A stretch of 64,000 nucleotides of DNA from an uncultured Acidobacteriota bacterium. Lineage in GTDB: Bacteria > Acidobacteriota > Thermoanaerobaculia > UBA5066 > Gp7-AA6. Below the pieces are notes generated by a model. It saw only the letters and a program-made list of their open reading frames with translations. It did not search any database and had not been told where the DNA came from. The DNA is taken from NCBI GenBank assembly GCA_963749265.1, contig CAVVML010000030.1, forward strand, positions 328 to 64,327, given 5' to 3'. Position numbers and translations under genes: made by a program. This document shows positions 9,197 through 19,993 of the stretch, one piece after another (the first letter of the stretch is position 1; every line of letters begins with the position of its first letter).

Positions 9197-11097
9197 CAGC
9201 CCCCGCCGCCGCCGCCGCCCGAGCTCCCGCCGCCTCCCCCGCCTCCGCCCGAGGAGGAGGACGACGGCGCCGAGACGCCGGCGGCGAGCGCTCCCGCCGC
9301 GACCGCCCAGGTGCCCGAGGCTCCCGCCCCGCCGAACGCGCCCCCGCCGCCGCTCCAGCCGCCGGAGGAGGAGGAGGACGACGACGAGGACGAGCCAGAG
9401 GACTGCGAGCCGCTCCAGGCCGTCGTGCCCGCGGCCGCCGCCGCCCCGTGCGCCTTGAACCACCGGTCGGCTTCGGAAGTCAGCCCAAACGCGACGACGT
9501 ACGGGAACCAGGCGTCGCGCAGCCGCGGCTCGGGCTTCTTCAGCTCCTCGACGAAGTAGGCCCGCGCCGCCGCGAGCTGCTTGCGACGCGCCAGCCGCTT
9601 GGGACCGTTGCGCGTACGGACGACGTTGAAAAGCGACCAGACGGCGGCCAGCCGCAGCAGGAACGTCCCCGTCACGACGAGGACCGCATACGGCGCCGCC
9701 TGTTGCACGCCGTACCAGGCCATCCAGACCAGAAGCGCCGGCGCCCACAGAAACGAGAGGGACCACGGGTCGATCGACCGGATGCGGTTCTGGAAGGTCC
9801 AGGCGCCGATGAGGCCGAGCAGATAAATGATCCCCGTGATGATCGCGGCGCCGATCACCGTGCCCGGCTCCGTGCGTCCCTGCAGCACCGCGGCGACGAA
9901 GCAGGCGACGCCGGCGAGGGCCAGCAACAACGCCGGCCACCGCGACGGCTTCGGCGCCGCGTCACCGAAATCCGGCAGGGCCTGGAGCTTCTTTTTCAGG
10001 CCGGGCTCGATCCGCGACACGGGGTTGAAGCCGCGCGAGCGGTAGTGCGCCTTGATCGCGTCGGTGTCGGTCTCCGTCCGTCCGCCGAAGAAGAGGCCCT
10101 GGATGAGCTCGCGTTCGTAGTCGTCGAACCGCGCCGCCGGCACGAGCAGCCGCATCACGAGCTTCTTGCCCTCGACCTCGGTTTCGATCTTCTTCTCGGC
10201 GGAAAGGCGCGCCAGGACCGCCGCGACCTCGGGCGGTCCGACCTTTTCGTCCCAGAGAGCGCCGGACTCCTCCGGAGCGAGCACGAGCAGGTTCTTCTCG
10301 AGCCACTCCGTGCCGATCTCGGAGGCCGGAGTCAGCGGCGCGAAGCGGCCGAGGGCCTGGTCGCGGCGCCGCCACCGCACGTACGCGAAGACGATCGCGG
10401 CCACGAGCGCGCCGAGAAGGCCGCGGCGCAGGCCGGGGCTGGCGAAGGCCGGGCCGGCCGCCGGAGTTCCGGCGCCGGTGTACGCCAGCGGAACGGTGAC
10501 CGTGAAGTTGGAGCCCGCGGAGAGCGGTCCTCCTTCGTACCGTCCCGGGAAGGCGCCTGCAGTTTTCCAGACCGGGTCGAGCTCGAGCGTCACCGTCAGC
10601 TTGCGGATCGGAAACGCGGCGGCCGGCAGGCCGAAGTTGTGGTCGAGCAGGTAGCCGCCGCTCTGCCGCACGAGCACGTCGCGCAGCGTGTAGGCGAGCT
10701 CGTAGACGAGCGTGGTCTCCGAGAATTCGGGATCGCCCGGCAGCCGGCTGCGCCAGCGCAACACGTTCTCCTCCGCCCAGTCCCACTCGTCGACGGCCGA
10801 CAGCCCTCCCCGATTCAGCGGATGCCGGCCGCCCTCCGGATCGATCCGCGTCACCGACTCGAGCGTGACGCTCTGGCCCGGAAAGAGGCGGAAGGTTCGC
10901 TCGCCGCCGTTCCAGTCTCCGGAGAAGACCATGGTCTGCGTCTCGACGACGTGAAGCGCGCCTTCGGCATCGAGGCGGGCCCGGACGTCGATCGCGTCCC
11001 AGCGCAGGTCGCGGGCCGCCGACACGGACACGACGGCGAATGCGACGGCGGCGAGCAGAATCGTCCCGGCGAGAGATCCCCGTCGGCGTGAGTGCAT
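9193..11097 (-). CDS. DUF2207 family membrane protein with Gly/Ser-rich C-terminal tail
   Basis: N-terminal exported domain, TM helices, PYVVAFG and GGGGGGGW terminus. Confidence 0.85.
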   Translation of the reverse strand: MHSRRRGSLAGTILLAAVAFAVVSVSAARDLRWDAIDVRARLDAEGALHVVETQTMVFSGDWNGGERTFRLFPGQSVTLESVTRIDPEGGRHPLNRGGLSAVDEWDWAEENVLRWRSRLPGDPEFSETTLVYELAYTLRDVLVRQSGGYLLDHNFGLPAAAFPIRKLTVTLELDPVWKTAGAFPGRYEGGPLSAGSNFTVTVPLAYTGAGTPAAGPAFASPGLRRGLLGALVAAIVFAYVRWRRRDQALGRFAPLTPASEIGTEWLEKNLLVLAPEESGALWDEKVGPPEVAAVLARLSAEKKIETEVEGKKLVMRLLVPAARFDDYERELIQGLFFGGRTETDTDAIKAHYRSRGFNPVSRIEPGLKKKLQALPDFGDAAPKPSRWPALLLALAGVACFVAAVLQGRTEPGTVIGAAIITGIIYLLGLIGAWTFQNRIRSIDPWSLSFLWAPALLVWMAWYGVQQAAPYAVLVVTGTFLLRLAAVWSLFNVVRTRNGPKRLARRKQLAAARAYFVEELKKPEPRLRDAWFPYVVAFGLTSEADRWFKAHGAAAAAGTTAWSGSQSSGSSSSSSSSSSGGWSGGGGAFGGAGASGTWAVAAGALAAGVSAPSSSSSGGGGGGGGSSGGGGGGGW

Positions 11098-11189
11098 GCC
11101 GGAATTGTACGGTCCCCGCGGTGTCGCTTGACCGCGTCCGGACGCACGGCTACCCTCGATCGACTTCTCCGTTTCCCGAGGCCATTTCG

Positions 11190-12476
11190 ATGCTCGCGCG
11201 CGCCATGTCCGCCAGCTTCGCCGCGCTGCTCCTCTTCGCGGGAGCTTCGCGAGGCCAGTGGCTCTCCCGCTGGGCCGACCAGCCGACGATGACCGGCGAC
11301 TGGGGCGGCCTCCGCACGCGCTGGAACGACGCGGGCGTCTCGATCTTCGCGACTTACGGGGTCAACCTGGCGGGCAACCCGGTCGGGGGCCTCGAACAGG
11401 ACACGACTTACATAGACGACCAGTCCTGGGGGGCCGACTTCGACCTCGGCAAGCTCTTCTGTCTCGACGGCTCCGCGGTCCGCCTCTCCTTCAACAACCG
11501 CGACGGCGTGAGTCTCTCCTCCGACATCGGCGCGCTCTTCGCGGTGCAGCAGCTCTTCGGCGGCGGCGAGCGGCCGCGCCTGATGGAGCTCGCGATCACG
11601 CAGACGTTCCTCGACGGCAAGCTGAACGTCCGGGCCGGCCGCGTCATGGGCGCCTCCGACTTCGCGACGTCGCCGCTCTACTGCGAGTACATGAACCAGG
11701 CGCTCTGCGGCAACCTCGGCAACCTCGGCAAGAACATCACGTTCTCGTTCTACCCGGTCTCGTCCTGGGGCGGCCGCGTGCAATGGAAGCCGGACGATTC
11801 CAACCGCTTCCTGGTCCAGGCCGGCGTCTTCGAAGCCAACCCGACGCTCGTCAACAAGGACGGCTTCGACTGGAGCACTGCGGGAGCCATCGGGACGGTG
11901 ACGATCGGTGAGTTCTGGTACACGCCGGGCGCCGAGCACGGGTATCTCCCCGGCCACTACAAGCTCGGCGCGTACTACTCGTCGGCCAACGTTCCCGATC
12001 TCTACTTCGACGCCGACGGACGCTCTTACGTGGAATCCGGCCAGCCGCCGCTCGAGCACTCCGGACAGAGCGGCGTGTACTTTCTGGCCGATCAGGCCGT
12101 GATGCGGGAGGCCGAGGAGGGCAACCAGGGATTGACGGCTCTGGGAGGAATCGCCTTCGCCAGCGAGGCCACGAACACCATGCCGTTCTTCTTCTTCGTC
12201 GGCCTCCAGTACACCGGGGCCTTCGCCGGGCGGCCCGACGACATCCTCGGCTTCTCCGTGGCGCAGGGCCGCATCAGCTCGAACCTCGCGGCAACGCAGA
12301 GGCTCCTGGGACAACTCCCCCAGGACGCCGAGACGCTCTTCGAGCTCAACTACTCGATGCGCCTGACGAACTGGTTCGTCTTCGAGCCGAACGTCCAGTA
12401 CATCCTGACGCCCGGAGGCACCGGCGCGATCCCGAACGCCCTCGTCCTGGGCCTCCAGACGACGTTGACGTTCTAG
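11190..12476 (+). CDS. Carbohydrate-selective porin, OprB family
   Basis: MTGDWGGLRT, NPVGG, PGHYKLG, PNVQYILTPGG and terminal Phe. Confidence 0.9.
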   Translation: MLARAMSASFAALLLFAGASRGQWLSRWADQPTMTGDWGGLRTRWNDAGVSIFATYGVNLAGNPVGGLEQDTTYIDDQSWGADFDLGKLFCLDGSAVRLSFNNRDGVSLSSDIGALFAVQQLFGGGERPRLMELAITQTFLDGKLNVRAGRVMGASDFATSPLYCEYMNQALCGNLGNLGKNITFSFYPVSSWGGRVQWKPDDSNRFLVQAGVFEANPTLVNKDGFDWSTAGAIGTVTIGEFWYTPGAEHGYLPGHYKLGAYYSSANVPDLYFDADGRSYVESGQPPLEHSGQSGVYFLADQAVMREAEEGNQGLTALGGIAFASEATNTMPFFFFVGLQYTGAFAGRPDDILGFSVAQGRISSNLAATQRLLGQLPQDAETLFELNYSMRLTNWFVFEPNVQYILTPGGTGAIPNALVLGLQTTLTF

Positions 12477-13009
12477 GGCTTCGATTCCCCCGCCACGGCG
12501 CGGGCGCCCACGACGCGGCCGTCGGCGAGCTTGACCGGATCGGAGAGAGCGCGCGCCTGGACGGCGGGCATTCCTTCGGCGTCGAGATAGACGTCCGTGC
12601 GCCGGCCCGGGGAGATGAGGACCGGAACGACGATCGTGCCGACCTTGGCGCCGCGGGCGCGCACCTGGTAGAGGCCCGCCTTCAGCGGCACCTCCTCGGG
12701 CTCGGACTCGACCAACGCGTTGTGGTTGTCGACTTTCGTGAGGACCTGCCCGTTGGCGCGAAGAATCACGTAGCCCGTATGGAGGAAGGACGGGGCGCTG
12801 CGATGCTTCGAGACGGGCAGTTCCTCCGAGTAGACGACGAGCGTCCCCGTCATCACCGGCTCCTCGCCTTCCGAAGGCGCACGTGTCAGTGTCGCCGCAC
12901 CGGTCGGGCCGACCGCGGGCAGCTGCACCGGAGGATTCGAAGCGCAGCCGGCGACCAAAACGACGAGAACGGCGAGAGCGACGAGAGCTCCCAGGTGACG
13001 CCGCGCCAT
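12473..13009 (-). CDS. Hypothetical lipoprotein
   Basis: Lipobox LVAGC; leaderless-type -10 box upstream. Confidence 0.65.
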   Translation of the reverse strand: MARRHLGALVALAVLVVLVAGCASNPPVQLPAVGPTGAATLTRAPSEGEEPVMTGTLVVYSEELPVSKHRSAPSFLHTGYVILRANGQVLTKVDNHNALVESEPEEVPLKAGLYQVRARGAKVGTIVVPVLISPGRRTDVYLDAEGMPAVQARALSDPVKLADGRVVGARAVAGESKP

Positions 13010-13018
13010 GTCGGGATT

Positions 13019-13441
13019 CTAAGGGGACGGCCGGATGACGAAACTCGCGCGGAGCTTCGGGCGCGACGGATCGATCGCGTCCTCGACGGTCACCTCCACA
13101 GGGCCGGGCGTTTCGAGCAAGCCCGGCGGCACGGCGGCCGTGAGAAGCCGGCTGTGTCCGAAGCCGGTCCGGAGAGCCCGCCCGTTCCAGAGAACCGTAT
13201 CGCCGCGTGTCAGGCCGGTGCCGAGGATCATGAGAGCCGCCTCGCCGCTCTCGAGGCGCTGGAACACTTCGCCCGCGCGGCACTCTTCGGGCACGAGAGC
13301 GCGCAGGCTCCGATCCGACTCGCCTCCAACGCGCGCGACGCGCCCCGCGGGGATCTCGGGAGGCGCCTCGTCGCGGCACCCGGCGACGAACATGAGCAGA
13401 AGTCCGGCGGCGGCGGCCGCGCGCCAGGCCTCAGTCCGCAC
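13019..13441 (-). CDS. Hypothetical lipoprotein with IPT/TIG-like segment
   Basis: Lipobox VAGC; VLWNGRAL...LTAAVP...VEVTV pattern. Confidence 0.6.
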   Translation of the reverse strand: MRTEAWRAAAAAGLLLMFVAGCRDEAPPEIPAGRVARVGGESDRSLRALVPEECRAGEVFQRLESGEAALMILGTGLTRGDTVLWNGRALRTGFGHSRLLTAAVPPGLLETPGPVEVTVEDAIDPSRPKLRASFVIRPSP

Positions 13442-15674
13442 GGCCGATCCGGATCTCTCCCGGAGCGAGACTCGCGTCCGGAGCTTCGCCCGGCGCCGTC
13501 GCCTTCGTCGGGAGCGCCGCCGGCGAGGACGCGAAAGGCAGATAGCCCAGCGAGAGCAGGCGCGCCACCACCTCGCCCGGCAGAGGCAACATGCCGCCCG
13601 ACCGCGCGGCGGACGGCGGCGTGGTGAACACCGCGACTCCGGAGGGCAGCGGCGCGCGCCCCGTCCAACCGAGGCCGCTCCAGCTGTAGGAACCCTGGCC
13701 GACGCTCGCGCCCATGATCGACGACACGGGCCCGGCGCCCTGCACTTCCAGATCGAGCGCGCGCGAGCCGTCGGTTTCGAACGCCAGCCAGACCGGTGCT
13801 CTTGGCCGCGCGAACCGCGCTTCGGTCCGCGCGCCGCGCTGGGAGAAAGAGCCTTGCGATGCGAGCCCGAAGACGCGGAGCGCCGGCGCCGCCGCGCGGC
13901 CCCGCGCCGAGACCACGATCGGGCGGCCGGCCTCGGAGGGAGCCGCGGGCAGGCGCACCACGAGGGAGTCCGGAAAGCCCGAAGCCATGTACCGGTCCAC
14001 CTCTGCGAGAAGACGGGCGCCCCAGTCGGAGGCGGAGGGCAGAGGCTGCCTCTCCCCCGGATCGCGTGCGAGGTCGAAGGACTCCTGGACCGAGAGGACC
14101 AGAAACGCGCCGCCGTCGAACCAGGAGTTCTGCGGCGCGCCGGTCCGCCGGATGAGCTTGTGATCCTCGACGCGAACGGCGAGAGCCTCGAGCGGTGGGG
14201 CCTCCGTCACCAGGGCCCGGCCCGCCGGCGGCGACTCCGCGAGAAGCGAGCGTCCCTGGAAGCTCGCGGGCGCCGGCACGCCGGCCGCCTCGAGAAGCGT
14301 CGGAGCGACGTCGAGATGGGACGCGTTGCCGCGCCGCAAGCCGCGCGCGCGGGGCTCCCACGGAACCCGCGCCTCGAGGGGAACGAGGATCTCCTCTTCG
14401 AAGAGATAAGGGCTCGCGTGGCCCCACTCGAGACACTGACCGTCGATCCGCCGGTCGCAGAGGGCCTCGCCGTGGTCGGAGGTCAGGAGAATCGCGGTCC
14501 GCGAAAGGCGTTCCTCCCGCTGCAGACCTTCGAGAAGCTCGCCGAACGCGCTGTCCACGCTTCGGAGCGCCGCGTCGTAGCGATTGCGGAGCGAGTCGGC
14601 GAGTCCGGGATCGGCGGCGCGCGCGCGGGTCACGTCGGCGAATTCCGCCCGCCAGTCCGGGCCGAGCGCGGCGACGTCGCCGAAGAGCGCGCGGGCCGAC
14701 TCTTCGTCGGCGGCGTAGTCGTGCACCTGGTACGTGTGGAGAAAGAGGAACACGGGCTCGTCGCGATGCTCCCGCAGCAGATCGAGCGACCGCCGGACGG
14801 CCTGCGACGCCGTCTCCCGCGTCGCGAAGTAGCGGTCGAAGCCCTGAGCCATGCCGAACGCGGGATCGACGAGCCCGCCTCCCGTCACCCCGAGCGTCCG
14901 GTAACCCGCCGCCGCCATGCGCTCGGCGAGCGTGTCGAAGCTCTCCGCCAGCACGTTTCCGTAGCGGCCGGCGTCGTGCCGGGCGACGGGGACCGAGGAG
15001 AAGAGCGAGGCGTGCGAGGGCAGCGTCCAGTTCGCCGCGGCGACGCATTTTTCCGCCCGGAGACCCTCGCGAAAGTAGCCGTCGAGGTGCGGCGTGGTCG
15101 GGAGCCGGTAGCCGTACGCCCCCACGCGATCGGCCCGCAGCGTATCGATCAGGAACAGGACGATCGTGCGCGGCGGGCCCCGCGCGGGAACTTCGAGCGA
15201 AGGCTCCGAAAGGAAAATCGAGCGGGTCGTCGGGCCGGCGTCTCCGCTCTCGTACACGAGCTCGAGCTCGGCCGGCGCGCCGATCTTCGGCAGCTCCACC
15301 GAGAACCCGTGCCAGCGCGCCGGGTCCGCGGAGAGCTCCAGGATGCCGGGCCGCGCGGCGCGCTCCGAGCCGGTGATACGGATCCGAAGCTTCCCTGCGG
15401 GATCACCCGCGAGGAGGCTCGCGTAGCCGCCCGCGAGGCGGCGCGCCGGGCCGGCCGGGAGAGACCACCGCACGGAATCCCCGGGCGAGAGCCAGACACC
15501 GGGCCGGGTCTCCGAAGCGACGCCGACCCACTCGGTCTCGGGCACCGGAAGGCGGACGACTCTGCGAGAACGGTCCGCGCAGGCGAGGGATCCCGCGGCG
15601 ACCGCAAGCGCGAGCGTCATCGCGGCGGCGCGGCGTCTTCGGCAGCTTCGACGGTGAGCGCGCTCCGCGTCCAT
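13431..15674 (-). CDS. Sulfatase-like (alkaline phosphatase superfamily) lipoprotein
   Basis: LIDTLRADR, WTLPSHASLF, FLHTYQVH, TSDHGE and HLDVAPT; lipobox SLAC. Confidence 0.85.
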   Translation of the reverse strand: MDAERAHRRSCRRRRAAAMTLALAVAAGSLACADRSRRVVRLPVPETEWVGVASETRPGVWLSPGDSVRWSLPAGPARRLAGGYASLLAGDPAGKLRIRITGSERAARPGILELSADPARWHGFSVELPKIGAPAELELVYESGDAGPTTRSIFLSEPSLEVPARGPPRTIVLFLIDTLRADRVGAYGYRLPTTPHLDGYFREGLRAEKCVAAANWTLPSHASLFSSVPVARHDAGRYGNVLAESFDTLAERMAAAGYRTLGVTGGGLVDPAFGMAQGFDRYFATRETASQAVRRSLDLLREHRDEPVFLFLHTYQVHDYAADEESARALFGDVAALGPDWRAEFADVTRARAADPGLADSLRNRYDAALRSVDSAFGELLEGLQREERLSRTAILLTSDHGEALCDRRIDGQCLEWGHASPYLFEEEILVPLEARVPWEPRARGLRRGNASHLDVAPTLLEAAGVPAPASFQGRSLLAESPPAGRALVTEAPPLEALAVRVEDHKLIRRTGAPQNSWFDGGAFLVLSVQESFDLARDPGERQPLPSASDWGARLLAEVDRYMASGFPDSLVVRLPAAPSEAGRPIVVSARGRAAAPALRVFGLASQGSFSQRGARTEARFARPRAPVWLAFETDGSRALDLEVQGAGPVSSIMGASVGQGSYSWSGLGWTGRAPLPSGVAVFTTPPSAARSGGMLPLPGEVVARLLSLGYLPFASSPAALPTKATAPGEAPDASLAPGEIRIGRAD

Positions 15675-15676
15675 CC

Positions 15677-16160
15677 TCAGCGGCTCGACCGGACTTTGTC
15701 TCTGCGCCTTGCGCCGCGCCACGGGGATGACGAAGCGGATCGAGGTCAGCCGCGGCGAAAACGCGGCGATCTTGTTGTCGACGAGTCCCGCCGCGAGGCC
15801 GGCTTTCTGGACGTCGAGCCACATGTACGGAAACTCGAGCTCGGCGACGAAAGGCTTCTTCGGGAAGACGACCCAGAGCGAGCCCGCCGGCTCGAGGCGC
15901 TCTTCGAGATCCGAGAAGAAGGAGGATAGCGAGCCCTCGGAGGGGACCTCCACCATCAGCCAGGCGTGCCGCCCCGCGGGCAGCTTCGTCACGCGCTCGA
16001 CCAGAGGCCCGAAGATCTCGCGCATCGTCCGCACGAACTCGGGCGAGCGGCCCGTGGCATAGGCGGTGCCGTCCTGCGCGGGGAGCGAGAACTTCTCCCA
16101 GGGGGCCTTCACGACGCCAGAATAGCGTGCGATCATCCTGAAGTGCTGTTCGTCCGACAT
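15677..16160 (-). CDS. DUF3052-like protein; in frame with the sulfatase in this assembly
   Basis: LWVVFPKK...GLAAGLVDNKIAAFS...RFVIPVARR; an out-of-frame TGA lies just before the sulfatase ATG. Confidence 0.6.
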
Positions 16161-16184
16161 GCAATAGAATCCCTCCGCGCTCCC

Positions 16185-19100
16185 ATGAAAGTCGTGCTTC
16201 GGGCCGCCCTCCTGTCTTCTGTGCGCGGTCTCTCTCCTCGCGTCAGGAGTTCGAGATCTATCGTCAGTTCGCGCTGGCCGTACGGACAGCGCCGGGGAGA
16301 AGCTGACGCTCGGGACGGACGGCAATCTCTACGGAACGAGCGGCGGCGGGGAATTCGGGCGCGGACAAATCTTTCGTCTCGTTCCCGACGGAGGCGGCGG
16401 TTACGCCTACGAACGGCTTTACTCGTTCCACGGGCCCGACGGCCTCGATCCGTGGGGCGTCGTGCAGGGAGCGGACGGTCGCTTCTACGGCGCCACCTCG
16501 CATGGCGGAGCGTTCGACGGCGGAACGGTCTACGCGTTCGATCTCGCGACGGGCGGCGTCGTCGTGTTCCACAGCTTTCCGCAGGATCCTTTCTACGGAG
16601 CCTATCTGCCGAGTCGCCTCGTCGCGGCTTCCGACGGCAACCTCTACGGCACGACTCTCGTCGGAGGCGCGACCGGATTCGGCACGATCTACCGGGTCAC
16701 GACGGCCGGCGAATTCACCAACCTCCACGACTTCAGGGATCTCGAGGCCGAGCGTCCCAACGCCTTGATGCAGGCTTCGGACGGCTTTCTCTACGGCACG
16801 GCGCCGTACGGCGGCTCCGGCGTCCCCTCGCCACGGAGGGCTTCGGCTTGTCCGGAGGCGGCACGATCTTTCGCTCCGATCTCTCGGGCAACGTGACCGT
16901 GCTCTACATGTTTCCCGGGGGCGAACAACGTCGCCTGGGGCGATCTCGTCGAAGCGCCGGTCGGGAGCTTCTACGGGACGACGCGCAACGGAGGGTCATT
17001 CGGCAACGGGATCGCCTACCGTTGCGACACGGCCGGCAACGTGACGGTGCTTCAGGAGTTCCCGACCGCCTCGGGCCAGCCCGCACATCCGAACGGCGGG
17101 GCTCGCGCTGGGCGCGGACGGAAACTTCTACGGAGTGTCACGCCGGAAGACGGAGGCGGAACCGTCTTCCGAATGACGAGCGACGGGACCGTGACGACCG
17201 TGGTGTGCGTTCGCGAGCGGCGGACAGGCCGTCGTGGGCCTTCCGTTCCACACCCTGACTCCGTTGCCCGACGGAAGCCTGGTCGGCATCACCGTCGTGG
17301 GGCGGTCCCGCCTCGATGGGTGTCGCGTTCCGAGTGCCGCTCCCGAACACGAGCTACGAGGTGATTCACGAGTATGGCGGGCCGATCGGCGTCGTCGAGC
17401 CCGGCAGGCGGAGATGGTGCAGACGGCGGACGGCATTCTCTGGGGCACCGCCGGCGGAGGAGCGGCGGGGCTGGGAACCGTATTCCGTCTCTCCGGAGGC
17501 CCGCTCGTCGTCCACGAGTTTTCGGGAAGCCGACGGAGCGACTCCCGGCAACCTTTTCGCCGCGCCGGACGGAAATCTCTACGGCGTGACGGCGAGCCAG
17601 GGCACGGGCGGAGCCGGGAACGATCTTCCGCATCGACGGCTCGGGGACGTCTCACCACGCTTCACGACTTCTCGGGGCCCGACGGGTCCGAACCGGCCGG
17701 CGGGCTGATGCAGGCGAGCGACGGGAACTTCTACGGCACGACGGCCTTCGGCGGCGCCGACGGCGGAGGCACGCTGTTTCGCCTGACGAGCGCGGGCACG
17801 CACACGAAGCTCCACGACTTCGACCGCCAACGCGATCCCGGAGGAGCCCCGCGGCCGGATCCTCCAGGCCTCCGACGGGATGCTCTATTTCACCGGATAT
17901 CGGGTTCCGCGGGACGCTCTTCCGGAGCGATCTCGACGGAAACGTCGTCGACATCCACGATTTCTTCGTCCCCGAAGGCGAGAGACCGCCGGCCGGCGTC
18001 ATCGAGGCGGATGATGGAAATCTGTACGGAACGACCCGGTTCTATGGCGGCCCCGAGTCGTTGGGAACGGTCTTCCGGTTCGGTCTGCCCTCGACATACG
18101 AGGTGGTGCACGCCTTCTCGGGCAAGGGGCGAACGCTCGGCGGTGTCATCGAGGGAGGCGACGGACGTCTCTACGGAACCACGAGCGGCGAGTTCGCGAG
18201 CGCGGGCCTACAACGGCGGCGTTTTCGGCGTCGACCGGTCCGGGACCAATTTCGCGATGGTCCGCGAGTTTTCCGGATTCGACGGCGCCTCGCCGGAGGC
18301 CGGTCTGATGCGGGCATCCGACGGCATGCTCTACGGGACGACGCAGGGAGGCGGCGTGAGCGGCTTCGGACTGGTTTTTCGTGTGGATCTCGCGAACTCG
18401 CCGCCGTCGATCGAAGACCTCCGGCCGGCGTCGGGACTGGCCTCCGGCGGCGTCGCGGCTGACAATCCGCGGCGAGCATTTCCGTCCCGGCGCGGCCGCG
18501 ACGCTCGACCAGGTCCCGGTCGCGATCGAGGAGGGCTTTGACCAGGCAGACCCATTTCGCCGTCACACCGACGCTGACGCCCGGCACGCTCTACGACGTC
18601 ACGGTGACCAACACCGACGGCCAGTCGGCGACACTGCCCCAGGCCTTCTTCGCCGACTTCCTCGACGCTCCCTCGGGCAGCCTCTTCCACGATTCGATCG
18701 AGACGATCTTCCGCGACGGGATCACGGCGGGCTGCGGGAGCGGAAGCTACTGCGGCGGCGCGGCTGTGACGCGCGGGCAGATCGCCGTCTTCCTGCTCAA
18801 GGTCATGCATGGCTCGACGTACGTGCCGCCGCCGTGCACCGGGGTCTTTCCGGACGTGCCCTGTCCCTCGATGTTCGCCGACTGGATCGAAGAGCTCGCG
18901 CGCCGAAGGCATCAGCGCGGGATGCGGCGGCGGACTCTATTGTCCGCAGGGCTCCGTGCCGCGCGACCACGCGGCCGTGCTCCTGCTGAAGACCGAGCAC
19001 GGCACCGACTACGTTCCACCGGCGTGCGCGGGCATCTTCGCCGACGTGCCCTGTCCATCGCCCTATGCCGACTGGATCGAACAGCTCACCGCCGAGGGGA

Positions 19101-19200
19101 TCGCCGCGGGCTGCGGCACCGACATCTACTGCCCGTCAGGTCTCCGGCGACACGGGGCCAGATGGCGGTGTTTCTGGAGAAGGTGCCCGTCTCTCCCTGA
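16185..19200 (+). CDS. Choice-of-anchor (GloVer-type) tandem-repeat surface protein with IPT/TIG and SLH-like C-terminus; multiple frameshifts
   Basis: Repeated L(M/V)QASDGN(F/L)YGTT..GG...GT(V/L)F units across frames; C-terminal FADVPCPSPYADWIEQL..EGI.AGCG repeats. Confidence 0.85.
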
Positions 19201-19246
19201 GCCGCACGTCGGAGACGATCTCCGATCCGTCCCCTAAGATGCTCTC

Positions 19247-19981
19247 GTGACCTTCGAGGCCGAGCTCTACCCCGACGAGTACTACGACGGGCTGCATCGC
19301 GTCACGCCGTTCGCGGCGACGCCGCGGAAGTGGCGCGAGCGCGATCGGGACATCCTGAAGCTCGCGTTCGGGGGTCGCTCTTCCCCGACGTCGGAAAGCG
19401 TCCTGGACCTCGGCTCGGCCCGCGGCGACGTCTGCTTCCTGCTCGCGCCGCGCGTGCGCGAGGCCATCGGCGTCGACGCCTCGCCGAAGGCCCTCGAGAT
19501 CGCCGAAGCGGAGCGGGAGCGCCGGGGCCTCGCCAACGTCCGCTTCCTCCAGTCGGACGTGGCCTCCCTCGAAGGCGTGCCCGACGCTTCGATCGACGTG
19601 GCCGGAGCCTTCGATCTTCTCGAGCACGTCGACGACGCCACCGTCCGGCAGATGCTCCGGGCTCTGACGCGGGTCCTCAAGCCGGGCGGCGTCCTGGCCG
19701 CGTACACGCCCAACCGCGAGCACTACGTGGAGCGCCTCAAGGCCCACGACTTCATCCTCAAGCAGTTCCCCGAGCACATCGCCGTGCGCCGCCCTCGCGA
19801 GATCCGACGCCTGCTCGAGGCCGAGGGCTGGCGGCTCCTCGAGATGACCTACTCCCCGGCGCCCTTCCCCGTCGTGCACTGGATCGAGAAGCTTCTGTGG
19901 CGGGTGCCGGGCCTCGGACGCCTCTTCCGTTACCGCATCCTGCTGCGGGCGGCGCCGCCGCGCCCGCGATCCGAGAGATAA
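19247..19981 (+). CDS. Class I SAM-dependent methyltransferase
   Basis: VLDLGSARG, LLEHV and RVLKPGG. Confidence 0.9.
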   Translation: MTFEAELYPDEYYDGLHRVTPFAATPRKWRERDRDILKLAFGGRSSPTSESVLDLGSARGDVCFLLAPRVREAIGVDASPKALEIAEAERERRGLANVRFLQSDVASLEGVPDASIDVAGAFDLLEHVDDATVRQMLRALTRVLKPGGVLAAYTPNREHYVERLKAHDFILKQFPEHIAVRRPREIRRLLEAEGWRLLEMTYSPAPFPVVHWIEKLLWRVPGLGRLFRYRILLRAAPPRPRSER

Positions 19982-19993
19982 ACTGATCGGTTC

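Noticed and set aside
9193-9450. Trinucleotide-like GGC/TCC runs
   Set aside because: They encode the usual Gly/Ser tail of DUF2207 proteins.
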